Shown: one piece after another, positions 35,903-63,729 of the stretch
How positions within the stretch are numbered: the stretch's first letter is position 1
Layout: the number at the start of each line of letters is the position of its first letter
Source of the DNA: the human T2T-CHM13v2.0 reference genome, Homo sapiens
Strand: one strand, 5' to 3'
Assembly: GCF_009914755.1 (NCBI RefSeq)
Contig: NC_060943.1
Length of the DNA: 64,000 bases
The notes under the pieces: generated by a model
Told to the model about the DNA's origin: nothing
The model's input: only the letters and a program-made list of their open reading frames with translations
Database searches by the model: none
Program-made: the position numbers and the translations under genes

Positions 35903-36955
35903 TGATCCACCTGCCTTGGCCTCCCAAAGTGCTGAGATTACAGGTGTGAGCCACTGCACCCAGCCTACTCTTTCATTTATTTTATACTACTTGCTTATAT
36001 CTGAAAATGTCCTATTTACTTGTTTTTAACTTATTTATAATGTCTGTCTCTCCTCAGTAAATCCTTAGCTCTCAAGGACAAGCACCTTGCTGTCTCATTC
36101 ACCACTGTGTCCCCAGCACCTACACCTGGTGCATAATAGGTGCCCAATAAATGCGTGAAATGAATTAATGTTGAGCACCGGGGCCATTCTTCTCTTGTGC
36201 TTTGCCCAGGGATGGCCCCTCAGGAAAGATAATAATAATCTCTTCATCCTTTAGCAACGGCTAACTATATGCCAGGCTCGCTACCCAGGTGTGATGTTGT
36301 TTATTCCTCCAGAGCCCTACTCTATAAGTACCATTTTTATGCTTCTTTTTCAAGTGAAGAAATGGAGGCCCAGAGAGGTAAAGTGACTTGCCCGAAGTCT
36401 CATAATTAGAAACAGGGCTGGAGTCAGAATCCAAGCTCCAAGGCCCACGCTCCTAACTGCTTGGCTATTCTGTCTGCTGGAGCACCTGGGAAATGGTGCA
36501 CCTCAAACCTTGCATCTTGCCATTGAAAAGTAAAAAGTCTAGGATCTTTGTAAAACCCAGTCTTCTGCCTTGTAGAAGCCTCGGTGAGAGAAATTCCTGG
36601 CTGTTTCTCCATGGATTTTATGGGTTATGCCTTTCTGTCCCCCGCCTCAAATGTTTATGTTGAAATTGTAACTAGTGCCTTAGAATGGTAACTTATTTGG
36701 CAATAGAGTCTTTGCAAATATAATTAGTTAAGACGAGATCATGCTAGAGTAGGGTGGGGCTCTAATCCAAAGACTGGGCTGGGTGTGGTGGCTCCTGCCC
36801 AGTGTAATCCCAGCACTTTGGGAAGCCAAGGCAGGTGGATCACCTGAGGTCAGGAGTTTGAGACCAGCCTAGCCAAAATGGAGAAACCCTGTCTCTACTA
36901 AAAATACAAAAATTAGCCAGGCTTGGTGGTGGGCACCTGTAATCCCAGCTACTCA

Positions 36956-37132
<177 letters not shown>

Positions 37133-37857
37133 TTAGGAAAAATGCCATGTGTGAGGAAGGTAGAAATTGGGGTGATGCATCTCCAAACCAAGAAACACCA
37201 AAGATTCCCAGAAAATCACCAGAAGCCAGGGAGGGAGGGACATGGAACAGATTCTCCCTCACAGCCCTCAGAAGGAACTGATTTTGCCCACATCTTCATC
37301 TCGGCCTCCAGAACTGTGAGACAACACGTTTCTGTTGTTCAAGCCACCCAGTCTGTGGGGCTTTTTTATGGCATCCCTAGCACACTAATTCAGGCTGGTC
37401 ACAGCGGCTCAGGCCTGGAATCCCAGCACTTTGGGAGGCCGAGGCAGGAGGATTGCTTGAGGCCAGGAGGGTTTCTTTTTGATTATTTATTTTATCTTAT
37501 TATTATTTTTTGAGACAGGGTCTTGCTCTGTCACCCAGGCTGGAGTGCAGTGGCTCTATCTTAGCTCACTGCAGCCTTAAACTTCTGGGCTCAAGTGATC
37601 CTCCCACTTCAGCCTTCTGAGCAGCTGGGGCCACGGGAGCACACCACCACGCCCAGCTAATTTTTTATTTTTTGTTGAGATGGGGTCTCCTTACGTTGCA
37701 CAGGCTGGTCTCAAACACCTAGGCTCAAGTGATCCTCCTACCTCAGCCTCCCGAAGTGCTGGGATTCCAGGCTGAGCCACCACGTCCATCTGAAGCCGGG
37801 AGTTTGAAACAAGCCTGGGCAATACAGTGAGATGCTGTCTCTACAAAAATCAAATCA

Positions 37858-38202
<345 letters not shown>

Positions 38203-38728
38203 TCACCAAGGCTCCCTGTCTCCTGCATCCCTGGCAGAGATAAGACAGAGAGGTGGCTCAGGGCTGTCCCTCGGGGAATTCCCAGCCCGAAGCAGGAGAA
38301 ATGTAGAAGTGTCACAAATGAGACAGCCAGAAAGGAGAAGGATGTGTGGAGTCAGGCAGAGCGGACTCTGAAGCTGATGGCCCAAGGCAAGTCTTTTCAC
38401 TTCTCCCTGCCTCAGTCTACCTCTCCAGCAAACAGGCATCGTCCTGCCTCTCTCTCAGGGCTGGCTCCGGGAGAGATGAGTGGGCGAAGTCTCCCATGCC
38501 TGTCACGTCCGGCACTCAGTGACGCTTAGCTCTTCTTCTCAGCTACTCAAGAGGATGTTTGAATTTTGAGATCAAATCTCATGTCTCACTCTTACATACA
38601 ATTGAACTGCCCGTAGTGTTGTTGGGGATGGAAGTGAGTTTATCCATGTAAAGTGCTTAGAATAGCACATAGGGCATAGTAAGCACTCAATCAATGCCAG
38701 TTATTATTATTACTGTTACTAGTAGTAA

Positions 38729-38878
<150 letters not shown>

Positions 38879-38881
38879 TGA

Positions 38882-39495
<614 letters not shown>

Positions 39496-39899
39496 ATGGC
39501 CTGGCACATTATAAGTAGGCAAAAATACTTTATGCTACTTTATGCAGTATTTAGCAAATTCAGTATCCACCAGTACCTAACATAGTTCTTGGTCCATAGT
39601 ACATATTTAGAAAATGCTGTTTCGTGACACTAGCCCCAATTGCTGTGCATGACACCTCTGAAGCGTCAGGAAATGCCACCTCTCCCAACTTAACCTTCAA
39701 ACCAGCACCCCGTGAAACTGCAGCTAGAAAACAACCCTGTAGTCCCAGTTCTGCCCCCTCCATGCTGAGTGACCTTGGGTTGCTCCCTTTCCCTCTTTGA
39801 GCCGCAGAGTTCTCCATCTGGAATACAGGTGTCCTTGGGCCCCGAGGTCCGCCCTGCTCTTTCCCCAGGCGCGGCCTGGACCCTGGCCGGGGGGCTCAC

Positions 39900-40074
39900 C
39901 GATGCTGTCTGTCTGCAGGTAGCACTTGTTGCCCAGGCAGTACCGCCACAGGCCCTGGTGGGCGAAGGACCCTGACAGCCGGTACTGCATCCAGTGGTCT
40001 GTTGCCATGGCCACCACCAGGAGGATGGTCCCCACCCAGGCACAGAACAGGCCACCACCCATGAAGCTGTACAT
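39900..40074 (-). CDS. LIM2: LIM2 coding exon 1 (MYSFMGGGLFCAW...GLWRYCLGNKCYLQTDSI); an alternative donor at 39774 adds 42 aa
   Basis: ATG at 40074, 175 nt to a GT donor; second in-frame GT 126 nt further. Acceptor at 40081-40082; non-coding exon donor at 40549-40548. Confidence 0.97.
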
Positions 40075-40549
40075 GGTGATCTGTGGGGAAGGGGAGAGAT
40101 GGGATTGGGAGCTGAATTCCCGGGACTTGAAGGGAGGAACTGGGGGGAGAGAGGGCTCAGGAGTGGGATGCCAAGTGCTTGGGAGAAGGAGATGGAGACC
40201 TAGACGCCTGGGTCCTGGGCGAGGAGGGGACTGGAGCCCGGACTCCTGGGTCTGAGGGAGGAGGATGGTAGGGATCCTGGAAAGACAACAGGGAGAGCGG
40301 GGCTGGGTTCTGGGAAGAAAAGGCCGGGGGCCTGGACTTCCAGGTTCTGAGCAAGGAATAGGCTGGAGGCCTAGCTTCCTGAGTCCTAGGTGAGAAGGGG
40401 CCCAGGAGCCTGGATTCCTGGGTGGTGGGTAAGGAAGGGGCTAGGGGCTAGGGGGTAGGACACCAGGTCCTGGGAGAAGAAGGAGCTGGGACCCTAGACT
40501 CCTGGGACTTGGGGAAGAGGGGGCTACAGGTCTCACGCCTGGTGCCTAC

Positions 40550-40915
40550 CTGAGTGGCAGAGCCTGCCCGAGCCCTCCTTCTGCCACGGCCCCTCTGTGC
40601 AGACTGAGCTGAGCCTGGTCACTGGCCTCTTTGCCCCCTTAGGTTCCCCAAATCCCTTAAGCCTCCCTACACAATGGTCCCACTACCCAGCAGCTTCCAG
40701 CAGGCAGAAATGCAGCGGTGGCAGAGGCCTCAAATGGAATTCGCTGAAGCAGGCATCCAGGGGGCTCCCCCCACCCACTCACTGACCTCTGTGACCCTCC
40801 CCGGAACCCAATACCTTGTCGCCAGCCTTGCTCAAAGCAACCCTGGCTTTGTCCGAGCTGTGTAAGCACGCACACACGCACACACACACACACACACGGG
40901 CGCGCGCACACACGC
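40550..40915 (-). promoter_or_regulatory. LIM2 non-coding first exon and proximal promoter
   Basis: Donor CAG|GTAGG at 40550; SOX-type ACAATG at 40671; (CA)n/(CG)n tract 40866-40914. Confidence 0.6.
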
Positions 40916-40937
40916 AAGATTCAGGGAGAGTCACGCG

Positions 40938-40943
40938 TTTATT
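40938..40943 (-). terminator. C19orf84 poly(A) signal AATAAA
   Basis: First TTTATT I found on the + strand downstream of the C19orf84 stop (~670 nt). Confidence 0.7.
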
Positions 40944-41614
40944 GTTCAACCAGGGCTTTCTACCTGAAGAGCAGGCAGTGGGGTGGGGAGTCACAGGTGT
41001 CTGGGTATGTGGGGCCAATGCGGTTCTTTGTGGGGATGGACACAGGGCTGTGGCTGAGGTTGAGGATGGAGCTCTTTGGGGCTGTAGATTCAGAGGACAT
41101 TAAAGATGGGCTGAGGTACACAGGCAATGAGGAGAAAGGGGTTGGTAAAGAGGGTGGGTTAGGGTTGAGGCGCAGAAGTGGAGCTGGGACTGGTGACAGG
41201 GATGGGAATGAATGGGTTTGGGAACAGGGTATTGAGAGTGGGGAAGAGAGAGGCAGGTAGGAGTGGCTTTGGGATTAGGGAGAGGATAGGGAATGGGGTT
41301 GGAGGAGCCCTGGGGGTTGAGAATGAGGTAAGGATTGTGGTTGTGGTTGGGGATGGCATTGGGAATGGGGTTGAGGCCATCAAGGAGACAGGTTTGGGTA
41401 CGAGGTTTAGGATTTTCTTCTCACTTGGGATTCAGGTGACTTAGGTCAGGTTCACCAAGTGCCTCACAGGAGCTACTCCTGGGATTGTGGTTTTGGGGAG
41501 AGGGGAGGATGGAAGATGTTTCTTGGGGTTCTTCTGACAGGGCTGAGATCACTCTGGGCCCCAGGAAAACCCTCCTGGGTGACTGCAATCTCAGGTGCCT
41601 GACCCTCCAAGGTC

Positions 41615-42295
<681 letters not shown>

Positions 42296-42628
42296 CTAAC
42301 CCGGGTCTCTCTAAAGAAACAGACAGCTCTGCCATGAACTTCGGCACCAGACAGAACTCAGTTCCAATTCCTGGTGGCCTCGCTTTTGGTGGTGTATCTT
42401 TGGACAAATCATTTTCCTATTCCGAACCTTAATTTGTTTATAGTCACAGATGGCTTTGGATGGTATCAAAGGTGCGTATGACAGCGCTGGGTCTGGTAAG
42501 TGCTAAAACAGTGGACAGCTACGATTTCTCCAGCCTTCTGGGGATCCCTGGAGTCTTCACATTTCTTGGTTTATTCTTGGAAATTTCTGTTCGATGAGTA
42601 TCTGTTTCTAGCTCTTTTTTTTTTTTGA

Positions 42629-42980
<352 letters not shown>

Positions 42981-43108
42981 TGAGCCTTTTTTGTTTTTCC
43001 TGATTCTCTATGCAGGTCTGTTCAGCGCGCCCTTTCTCTCTCGTTTTCTCTGTCCCCTCCTCTCTCTGGGTCTCTGTCCCCCTCTCAGGAGGTCTTTGTT
43101 TGTCTCAC

Positions 43109-43143
43109 CCTTCAGGCCCAGCCCCGTCCTTTGGTTGTTCCAT
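43109..43143 (-). CDS. C19orf84: C19orf84 coding exon 1 (MEQPKDGAGPEG)
   Basis: Good Kozak GAGATGG, 35 nt, phase-2 GT donor compatible with exon 2. Confidence 0.85.
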
Positions 43144-43364
43144 CTCCACTGGGGCCCTCTTACGTATCTTCTAGCAACTTCGCCTCCGAGATCCTTCGGG
43201 GGCCCGGGAAGGTTGGGGAGGGGCCGAGGCCGAGAGAGGCGGGGCTTGGCCGGGTCAGAAATGGGGCGTGGCTCGCGGAGTTATCCGGGATCCCAAAAGA
43301 AAGAGCTCAGGCGGGGACCTGGATCTAGTTCCCCAAGATCACTTACTTAAGGCCTCCAGCACCC

Positions 43365-43822
43365 TGTAGCCCCTCCTCCCTCAGACCCAGGAGTCCAGAT
43401 CCCCAGCTCCTCCTCGCTCAGACCCAGGAGTCCAGATCCCCAGCTCTTCCTCCCTCAGACCCAGGAGTCCAGATCCCCAGCTCCTCCCTAAGACCCAAGA
43501 GTCTAGATCCCCAGCCCCCTCCTCCCTCAGACCCGGAAGTCTAGGGCCCCAGCCCCTCCTCCCTCAGACCCGGGAGTCCAGATCCCCAGCTCTTCCTCCC
43601 TCAGACCCGGGAGTTCAGATCCCCAGTTCCTCCTCCCTAAGACCTAGGAGTCCAGATCCCCAGCCCCCTCCTCCCTCAGACCCGGAAGTCTAGGGTCCTA
43701 GCCACTCCTCCTTCAGACCCGGGAGTCCAGGCTCCAGCCCCTCCTTCTTCAGACCCCGTACTCTGGTTCCCCAGCCCCCTTCCTCTCTCAGATTCAGTAG
43801 TCCCGGGACCCCTGCCCCCTTC
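43365..43822 (+). repeat. Second ~36-37-bp MSR1-type minisatellite array (~12 units) just upstream of C19orf84
   Basis: Unit CCCAGGAGTCCAGATCCCCAGCTCCTCCTCCCTCAGA. Confidence 0.9.
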
Positions 43823-44306
43823 TCTCTCTCTCTCTGTCTTTCTCTCTCTTTATTCCTGCCATATCCTCAAGACAGATTCTTTAGGACTCAAGGGACGTTT
43901 TAGGTAGGGAAATGTGGACACTCCCTAGGGCAGAGGGCGTGGTAGATGGTCTGGAGGTCTTAGCCATTCTAGGCGCTGGGTTCTACTAGGTGCCGTGTCT
44001 CTAACTTGCTTTGTTACTTTAGGTGCTTCTACTCTCTATGCCCTAGTTTCTCCATCTGAGAAATGGGGCTAATATTACTGTCCAGGTTCTTGTGATATTA
44101 CTTGTGTATTAGTAGACACAGAATCTGGACCACAATTAGGCTGAACACATGAGATTTACTTATTGTTATTGCTGGTGGTTGTGACAGTGTTTTGCTGAGA
44201 AGCAATCGTCATTATTACATGCATTCATTTAAGAAATATTCAATGCCTGCTATGATTTGGGCTCCAGGCTGCACACGGGACAGAATAGACATGGCCCCTA
44301 CTCTCA

Positions 44307-44901
<595 letters not shown>

Positions 44902-45105
44902 CTACAGAGTGAAACTTCATCTCAAAAAAAAAAAAAAAAAAAAAGAATAAAAAATTAAGTAGATAAGATGGTTAGAAAAGGCTGTTATGGGAAGGTACTG
45001 GAAGACTGGAAGTTGAATATTCCTGGGGAGGGAACAGCTTCTGAAAGTAAAACAAATGTAGTGATTCAGGGACTGGAAAATAATCAGCTAAGAGGAGTGG
45101 CATAG

Positions 45106-45422
<317 letters not shown>

Positions 45423-45717
45423 TGAGCCACCATGCTTGGCCTGGAATACTTTTATACTTAGAGAAAAGTTACAAAGATAATACAGAGAGTTCTCATTTAC
45501 TCCAGACAGGAGTTCCCCTAATGTTGCCATCTTACATTGTCATGTAATGTACATGGTACATTAGTCACAACTAAGAAACTGACAGGACTATTAGGTAAAC
45601 TGCAGGCTTTATTTGGATTTTACCAGTTTTTACACTAATGTCCTTTGTTTCTGGTCCTGGATCCAATCTGGACTACCACATTGGATTTAGTCATCCTCTC
45701 TCGTTAGTCTTCTCTAA

Positions 45718-46040
<323 letters not shown>

Positions 46041-46191
46041 TAATTTAATCCACATTTTAAAAAATTATGTATTTATTTTAATAGAGAAGAGGTCTCTCTA
46101 TGTTGGCCAGTTGGTGTTAAACTCCTGGCCTCAAGCAATCTTCCCACCTCGGCCTTCCAAAGTGCTAGGATTACAGGGTATTTTAAAATTT

Positions 46192-46574
<383 letters not shown>

Positions 46575-46849
46575 TAGTGGCACTGAGTGGCCGGAATAAG
46601 ATTTTTGCCAAGAGATCTGGCTTGCTTTTCTTTCCTGGAGACTGATGAGAACCCAGATCTTCAGATTTCAAGTCTGGGTCTATCCATTCGGTTACTTTAA
46701 ATCCCAGAGGCAGATGGCGCTCACTGCTCAAGTCTAGCGTCATGGGATTGTTCTAGCTTGTTCTTTTATTGCTTCTCCTATTACTAAGATCAGGATCTGA
46801 CGCCATTTGGAAACCAGGGTCTGACCGCTTACCACGTACCTCGCCCTTT

Positions 46850-47300
46850 AAGGCTTTTTCTGTCCCGTCCCCCGTGCCCCTGCGGCGCTAGGAGACTGGA
46901 GGCGGGACCTTGTGTCGCTAAGGAAATGCCCTTTACTCAGCTTCCAAAATTGACAGGCTAGTTCTGAAAACTGGCCAACCAACTTCTGCTTAAGGGGAAG
47001 CGAGACTTCCGATTTGTAGGGGAACGCAGCGGCGATTGGTTAGAGTCCCGCCCACTTGTTAAGCGTCGCGAGCCACTATTCTCGGCTCTGATTGGCCAGA
47101 GAACTCGCGCCGCTTTTGAATCCCCACCCTGCGGACCCCGCGCGCCTCGCCTTCTCCCTCTGGTTGGCGAGCGCCTTTCTGCGCCTTCAGGCATTTTTGC
47201 TGAGGCTTTTGTCTGCGCATGTGCGGGTAGGTTCCGGTAGCATCCGGGAGACCCGGCCCAGGCCTGGAGATGCTGAGCGGAGCTTGGAGGGAGAGAGGGG
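46850..47300. promoter_or_regulatory. CpG-island promoter with no adjacent coding exon
   Basis: ATTGG at 47035 and 47091, GC box 47047-47053, TCGCGA 47066-47071, NRF1-like TGCGCATGTGCG 47214-47225, ETS TTCCGGT 47232-47238. Confidence 0.7.
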
Positions 47301-47699
47301 ACTGGGTTGTTGAGGGGAGAATCCCTCTCGGCATCTCCTTGGCCCACTGGGGAGCCCCATTGCCCCATCCACCGCTTAGAACCAGACCCTTCCTTTCACT
47401 CTCCACTCCCTATCCCTACCGGCTTTAGACCTTCAAAGTTCCAAGATTCGACCTTCGGGGTCTCCCCATTTCGTAGGGGCTTACAGATTTCCTAAAATCC
47501 CCCTCCTCCCCGAACCCCCTTCCGTCCCTGGAGATTCTGGGGTCCCTGCTCTTTCCCATTCATTCCACCCCATCTACTTGGGACCCTTCCAAGGGCAAGG
47601 GGGGCCTCTCAGTGCCTCTCCTACCCTCATGTCCTTTCTCCTCTTTTAGGTCCAGGAGGTCATCTTTGCCTCCCTTCCTTGAAATCTCCCCAGATTTAG

Positions 47700-48119
<420 letters not shown>

Positions 48120-48404
48120 TAGCTGTTCATTGCCACAATGAGAGGAAGTACAGGAAGGTGTTGAGATCATGGGCGTGGAGTCCAACTGACATGCTTGACT
48201 GATGTCACATACTGCTCTGCCCCTGAAAAGCTGAGTCACCTTGGGTAATTTGCTTAGCCTCTCTGAGCTTCAGTTTCACTCGGGAGCTGGCCAAGAACAC
48301 TTGTCTCAGAGTTGCTATGACATTCGAACATGGCAGTGTACGTAAAGGGCTCGGCATGGAGCTTGTTCTCATTAAGCCCCATGGCACGTGGGCATCTATG
48401 CTTT

Positions 48405-56233
<7,829 letters not shown>

Positions 56234-56825
56234 GGGCATCTATTCTTTTAACATACGTATGTATACACAGTCCAAGTGATGGAACATCAGGATCAGTGGC
56301 AGCTGGGAGGGTGGGGGAGGCAGCACCACCTGATATTTAGGAGGGAGAATGACCGGGAGTTGCCGATACGTGGAGTGAGGGATAAGTCAGAGTTGTTCCT
56401 AAGATTTTGAGTTTGGGCAATGGTGGCATGGTAAGCTAAGATCAAGGATATGAAGGGAAGAAGGGCTTTCAGGCTGGGAGCATTTAGGAGAGCATGAGAG
56501 GATAATGCATGTGTTTTGGACATGAGGTACTTGCAGGGTGTCCACATACAGATGTCTGGGAAACAATAGATGCAGGCTGGGTGTGGTGGCTCACGCCTGT
56601 CATCCTAGTCGCCTGGATAGCTGAGGCAGGAGGCCTGCTTGAGGCCAGGAATTTGAGATCAGCATCGGCAACAAAGCAAGACCCCATATCTACCAAAAAA
56701 ATTTAAGGTCGGGCATGGTGGCTCATGCCTGTAGTCCCAGCACTTTGGGAGGCTGAGGTGGATGGATCACGAGGTCAGGAGTTCGAGACCATGCTGGCCA
56801 ACATGGTGAAACCCTGTCTCTACTA

Positions 56826-57145
<320 letters not shown>

Positions 57146-57189
57146 TCATGAGCGTGGGGCAGGATTGGTGCCATCTTCATATCACAGGC

Positions 57190-57545
57190 TGTCTTAGTTC
57201 ATTTGTGTGGCTATAGCAGAATACCACAAACTGGGTAATATTTAAATAATAAAAAAGTACTTCTCATGGCTCTGGAGGCTGCGAAGTCCAAGATCAAGGC
57301 ACCAGCAGGTTCAGTATCTGGTGAGGGCCTGATCTCTGCTTCCAAGATGTGCCTCTCTTATGGAAGGTGGAAGGGCAAAAAGGGGCCAACACTGCGTGAA
57401 GCCTCTTTTATAGTCTAAATCCCATTCATGAAAGAGGATCCCTCATGACATAATTACCTCCTAAAGGCCCTGTCTCTTCATATTATTGCATTGGGGATTA
57501 AGTTTCAACATGAATTTTGGAGGGACACAAACTTTCAATCCATGG
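57190..57545 (-). mobile_element. MaLR LTR (MST/MLT1-like); a second copy lies at ~58770-59128
   Basis: Typical GGAAGTCCAAGATCAAG...CCCTCATGACCTAATCACCT...TTTCAACATGAATTTTGG core. Confidence 0.7.
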
Positions 57546-57680
57546 CAGAAACTCTTTGCAGAGCCATTTTGCTGCAAAAACTTGAGGGTGGGGGTATGAC
57601 TTATTTAATAAAGATGACATTTTCTGTATAAATGATACCTAAGTCCTCCTCATTAGCAAATGTCGAATAGGACATTTTCT

Positions 57681-58392
<712 letters not shown>

Positions 58393-59428
58393 TAATGGGG
58401 TCAGAAAGCTTCTCTCTGCCTAGCTTCCCAAAAAAACAAAGCTGCCAGCTGGCTGTTGGACAGGTGAGAAGTCTTTGGTGAGATGCTTCATCATCCTCTC
58501 TTTCCTGAACTCTTCACGTGTACCAGGGCTCTGGATAGGAGGGGGTGCTCCAAGAAAATGTTTAGGAAAGACTAGGGTTTCCTGATAGAATGGGAGGAAT
58601 CAACACACTATCTCCCCATTGGGTGTCTGTGTGGGCAGCCAACTTCTTGCTGTGCCCTGCATCTCCCTGCGCAGGGGAGAGGAGCATTAGAGAGGAAAAG
58701 CTGGGGGCAACGAGGAGCTTGGGGCAGTGTAGCCTGCACTCCACAGTCCAGCATGGTTAGGATGTGTGGGTTTCTGAGTCCTTTCTGGCTACTATAACAA
58801 CAATACCATAGGCTGGATGGGTTGTAAACAATGAAAATTTATTTCTTATAGTTTTAGAGGCTGGGAAGTCCAAGATCAAGATGTCAGCAGATTCAGTGTC
58901 TGATGTGGACTCACTTCCAGGCTTACAGATGGTGCCTTCTGGTTGTGTCCTCACTTGGTAGGAGGGACAGCTCTCTGGGGTCTCTTATTAAGGGCACTAA
59001 TCCCATTTATGAGGGCACCACCCTCATGACCTAATCACCTTCCAAAGGTCTTGACTTCAAATATCATTACATTGGGGGTTAGGAATTCAACCTAGACTTT
59101 GGAAGGACACATACATTTTGTCTATAGCAGGGGGTGGATGGACACGAAGGAGGGTAGCTGGGCTTCTGCAATCTAGGTGATATGTCACCCAAGAAAGCGG
59201 TAAGAGGCTGCATGGTGTCTGCCAATGGTGGAATTGGAGAAGGTATGGGAGAAGCAGGGGACACAACTCTCATATCAAGAAACAGAGGAGGCTGGGCACG
59301 GTGACTCACATCTGTTATCCCAGCACTTTGGGAGACTGAGGCAAGCAAAGCAGTTGGGGTCAGGAGTTGGAGACCAGCCTGGTGAACATAGCGAAACCCC
59401 ATCTCTAGTAGTAAAAATACAAAAATTA

Positions 59429-59575
<147 letters not shown>

Positions 59576-59803
59576 TCAAAAACGAAAACCAAACAAGCAA
59601 ACAAACAAAAAAACATGATTGACTCAGTGATCAGAAAACATATAACTATTTTATATTCATACTTCCTGCAGTTAATGTCCCAGTTGACTGGTTAAAAAGA
59701 ATATTTGGGGGCCAGGCGCAGTGGCTCATGCCTGTAATCCCAGCACTTTGGGAGGCCGAGGCGGGCGGATAACAAGGTCAGGAGATCAAGACCATCCTGG
59801 CTA

Positions 59804-60091
<288 letters not shown>

Positions 60092-61169
60092 TCATTTGCA
60101 CAACATTGCCTTTCCCCAAGAGTACTGGATAACAATGCCCTCCCTCCAAGTCCCAAGTCACTATTGCAGAAGTCAGGACCTTAACACACACATTTCAAAG
60201 TTACTGACACCTAGTCAAACCTGGTGCCTTAGCAATGCAATCTTGTAATTTCCCAGGTCAAACAGATCTTCAAGGGTTGCTCTCATGGCAGAATTTGGTG
60301 GTAGAAGGAAGGAAGCAGAGTCTCAGTCTTTGTGCAGCTTGTAGGGAGTTCCCTTTTTCTCAAGCCCTTGCAGCATCCTTCCCACTCTAAGCTTAAAGGA
60401 GACTGTGTAACCAGCAGTGCTCACCCATCCTGGGCCTGAGTTTGAATCCCAGCTCTGGAGTTCAGCTGTGTGACATGCAAGACCTTGTCCCTCTCTGAAG
60501 TCCTTCTGTAAAATGAGGTGGCTGCATTGGGTGATCCCATTCCACACCATGAGTCTATAGTCCTATCATCCTGGGTATACCGACGTCTGGTGGCCAACTT
60601 TGGTCCTTGCAGCTAATTCAGGTTTTTTCTTTGTTTTTGAGACATAGTCTCGCTGTGTCACCCAGGCTAGAGTGCAGTGACGCGATCTCAGCTCACTGCA
60701 GCCTCTGCCTCCCAGGTTCAAGCGATTCTCATGCCTCAGGATCCTGAATAGCTGAGGAATACAGGCACCTGCCACCACACCTGGCTAATTTTTGTATTTT
60801 TAGTAGAGACAGGCTCTCGCTCTGTTGCTCAGACTGGTCTCGAACTCCTGAGCTCAAGTGATCCGCCTGCCTCGGCCTCACAAAGTGCTGGATTACAGGC
60901 GTGAGCCACCGTGTCCAGCTCAGTTTTTAATTTTTTATTTTTCAGTATCTGGAGTGTTTAGCACAGCCAGGAAACAAAACACACCAGAGAGGGCCACCTT
61001 GCCATGTCACCAACGATGCAATAACTACCGAAGAAAGGCCCCTTGGGTGGCTATGGAGGAGCAGAGGTCAGCAGAGGAGATGGCCAGCAAAGTGCTCTCC
61101 TTTGCTCTATTTCTTTTCTTTTGAGACGGAGTCCCACTCTATTGCCCAGGCTGGAATGCAGTGGCATGA

Positions 61170-61415
<246 letters not shown>

Positions 61416-61961
61416 TAAGTTTGTCATTGTTCCATTTCCAAAGCATTCCAACCTCCATCCCCGCATGCGTTTGCACTTCTTTAGATTTGTGGGTCTGAGA
61501 GCGCATTAGCACCCCATCCACATGCAGTCTCCTGCCCTTCCAATCCTCACCCTGAAAACCTTCCTGTAGTCACAGACCTAGTCATTTTTCCCACGGCTAC
61601 TCTTGAACTCTTTATGGACCTCTGCGCTCGCTTCCTCTTCTGTGAAAACAAATGAGTTTATGTAGATTAAGATCTAGCCAACTTCTGTAAAGGATCAGAT
61701 GGTAAATATTTTAGGCTTTGCAGGCTAGTGACTCAACTCTGCATGAAAATAACTGCAATGTGTAAAGGAATGAGCATGGTTGGGCACCACACTGAAATTT
61801 GAATTTCATCTCCTTCCCAGGGGCCCCAGAAGAGTCTTCTTCTTCGGACTTTTTCCCCAAGCATTTAAATGTAAAAACATTTCTAGCTTGCAGGTGGTAT
61901 GAAAATAGGCAGCAGGCTGGAGGTGACTGAGGAGCCTATCTAGTCTTTTTTTTTTTTTTAA

Positions 61962-62252
<291 letters not shown>

Positions 62253-62568
62253 TAAAGACCCTCCCATCTCTGAGAACCCATGAAACTGCGCAGTCCTCTG
62301 GACTGGAGCTGGGGTGTGTCAAAGGCAAATCTTTGCCTGCCTTCTCAGAACACCATATTCAGAGAAGGCCATTCAGGACAGATTTGTCAGGCTGTTCCGA
62401 ATGCCCAGGTCTGGGATGAGATGGCCTATCCATGGAGGATTTTTATTTTTTCGAGACAGGGTCTCACTCTGTTGCTCAGGCTGGAGTGCAGTGGTGTGAT
62501 CTTGGCTCACCACAGCCTCTGCTTCCTGGGTTCAAGTGATCCTCCTGCGTCTGCCTCCCAAGTAGCTG

Positions 62569-63694
<1,126 letters not shown>

Positions 63695-63729
63695 TAGCCG
63701 AAGTCCCAGTCCTAAAGCCTAAGAGACCC

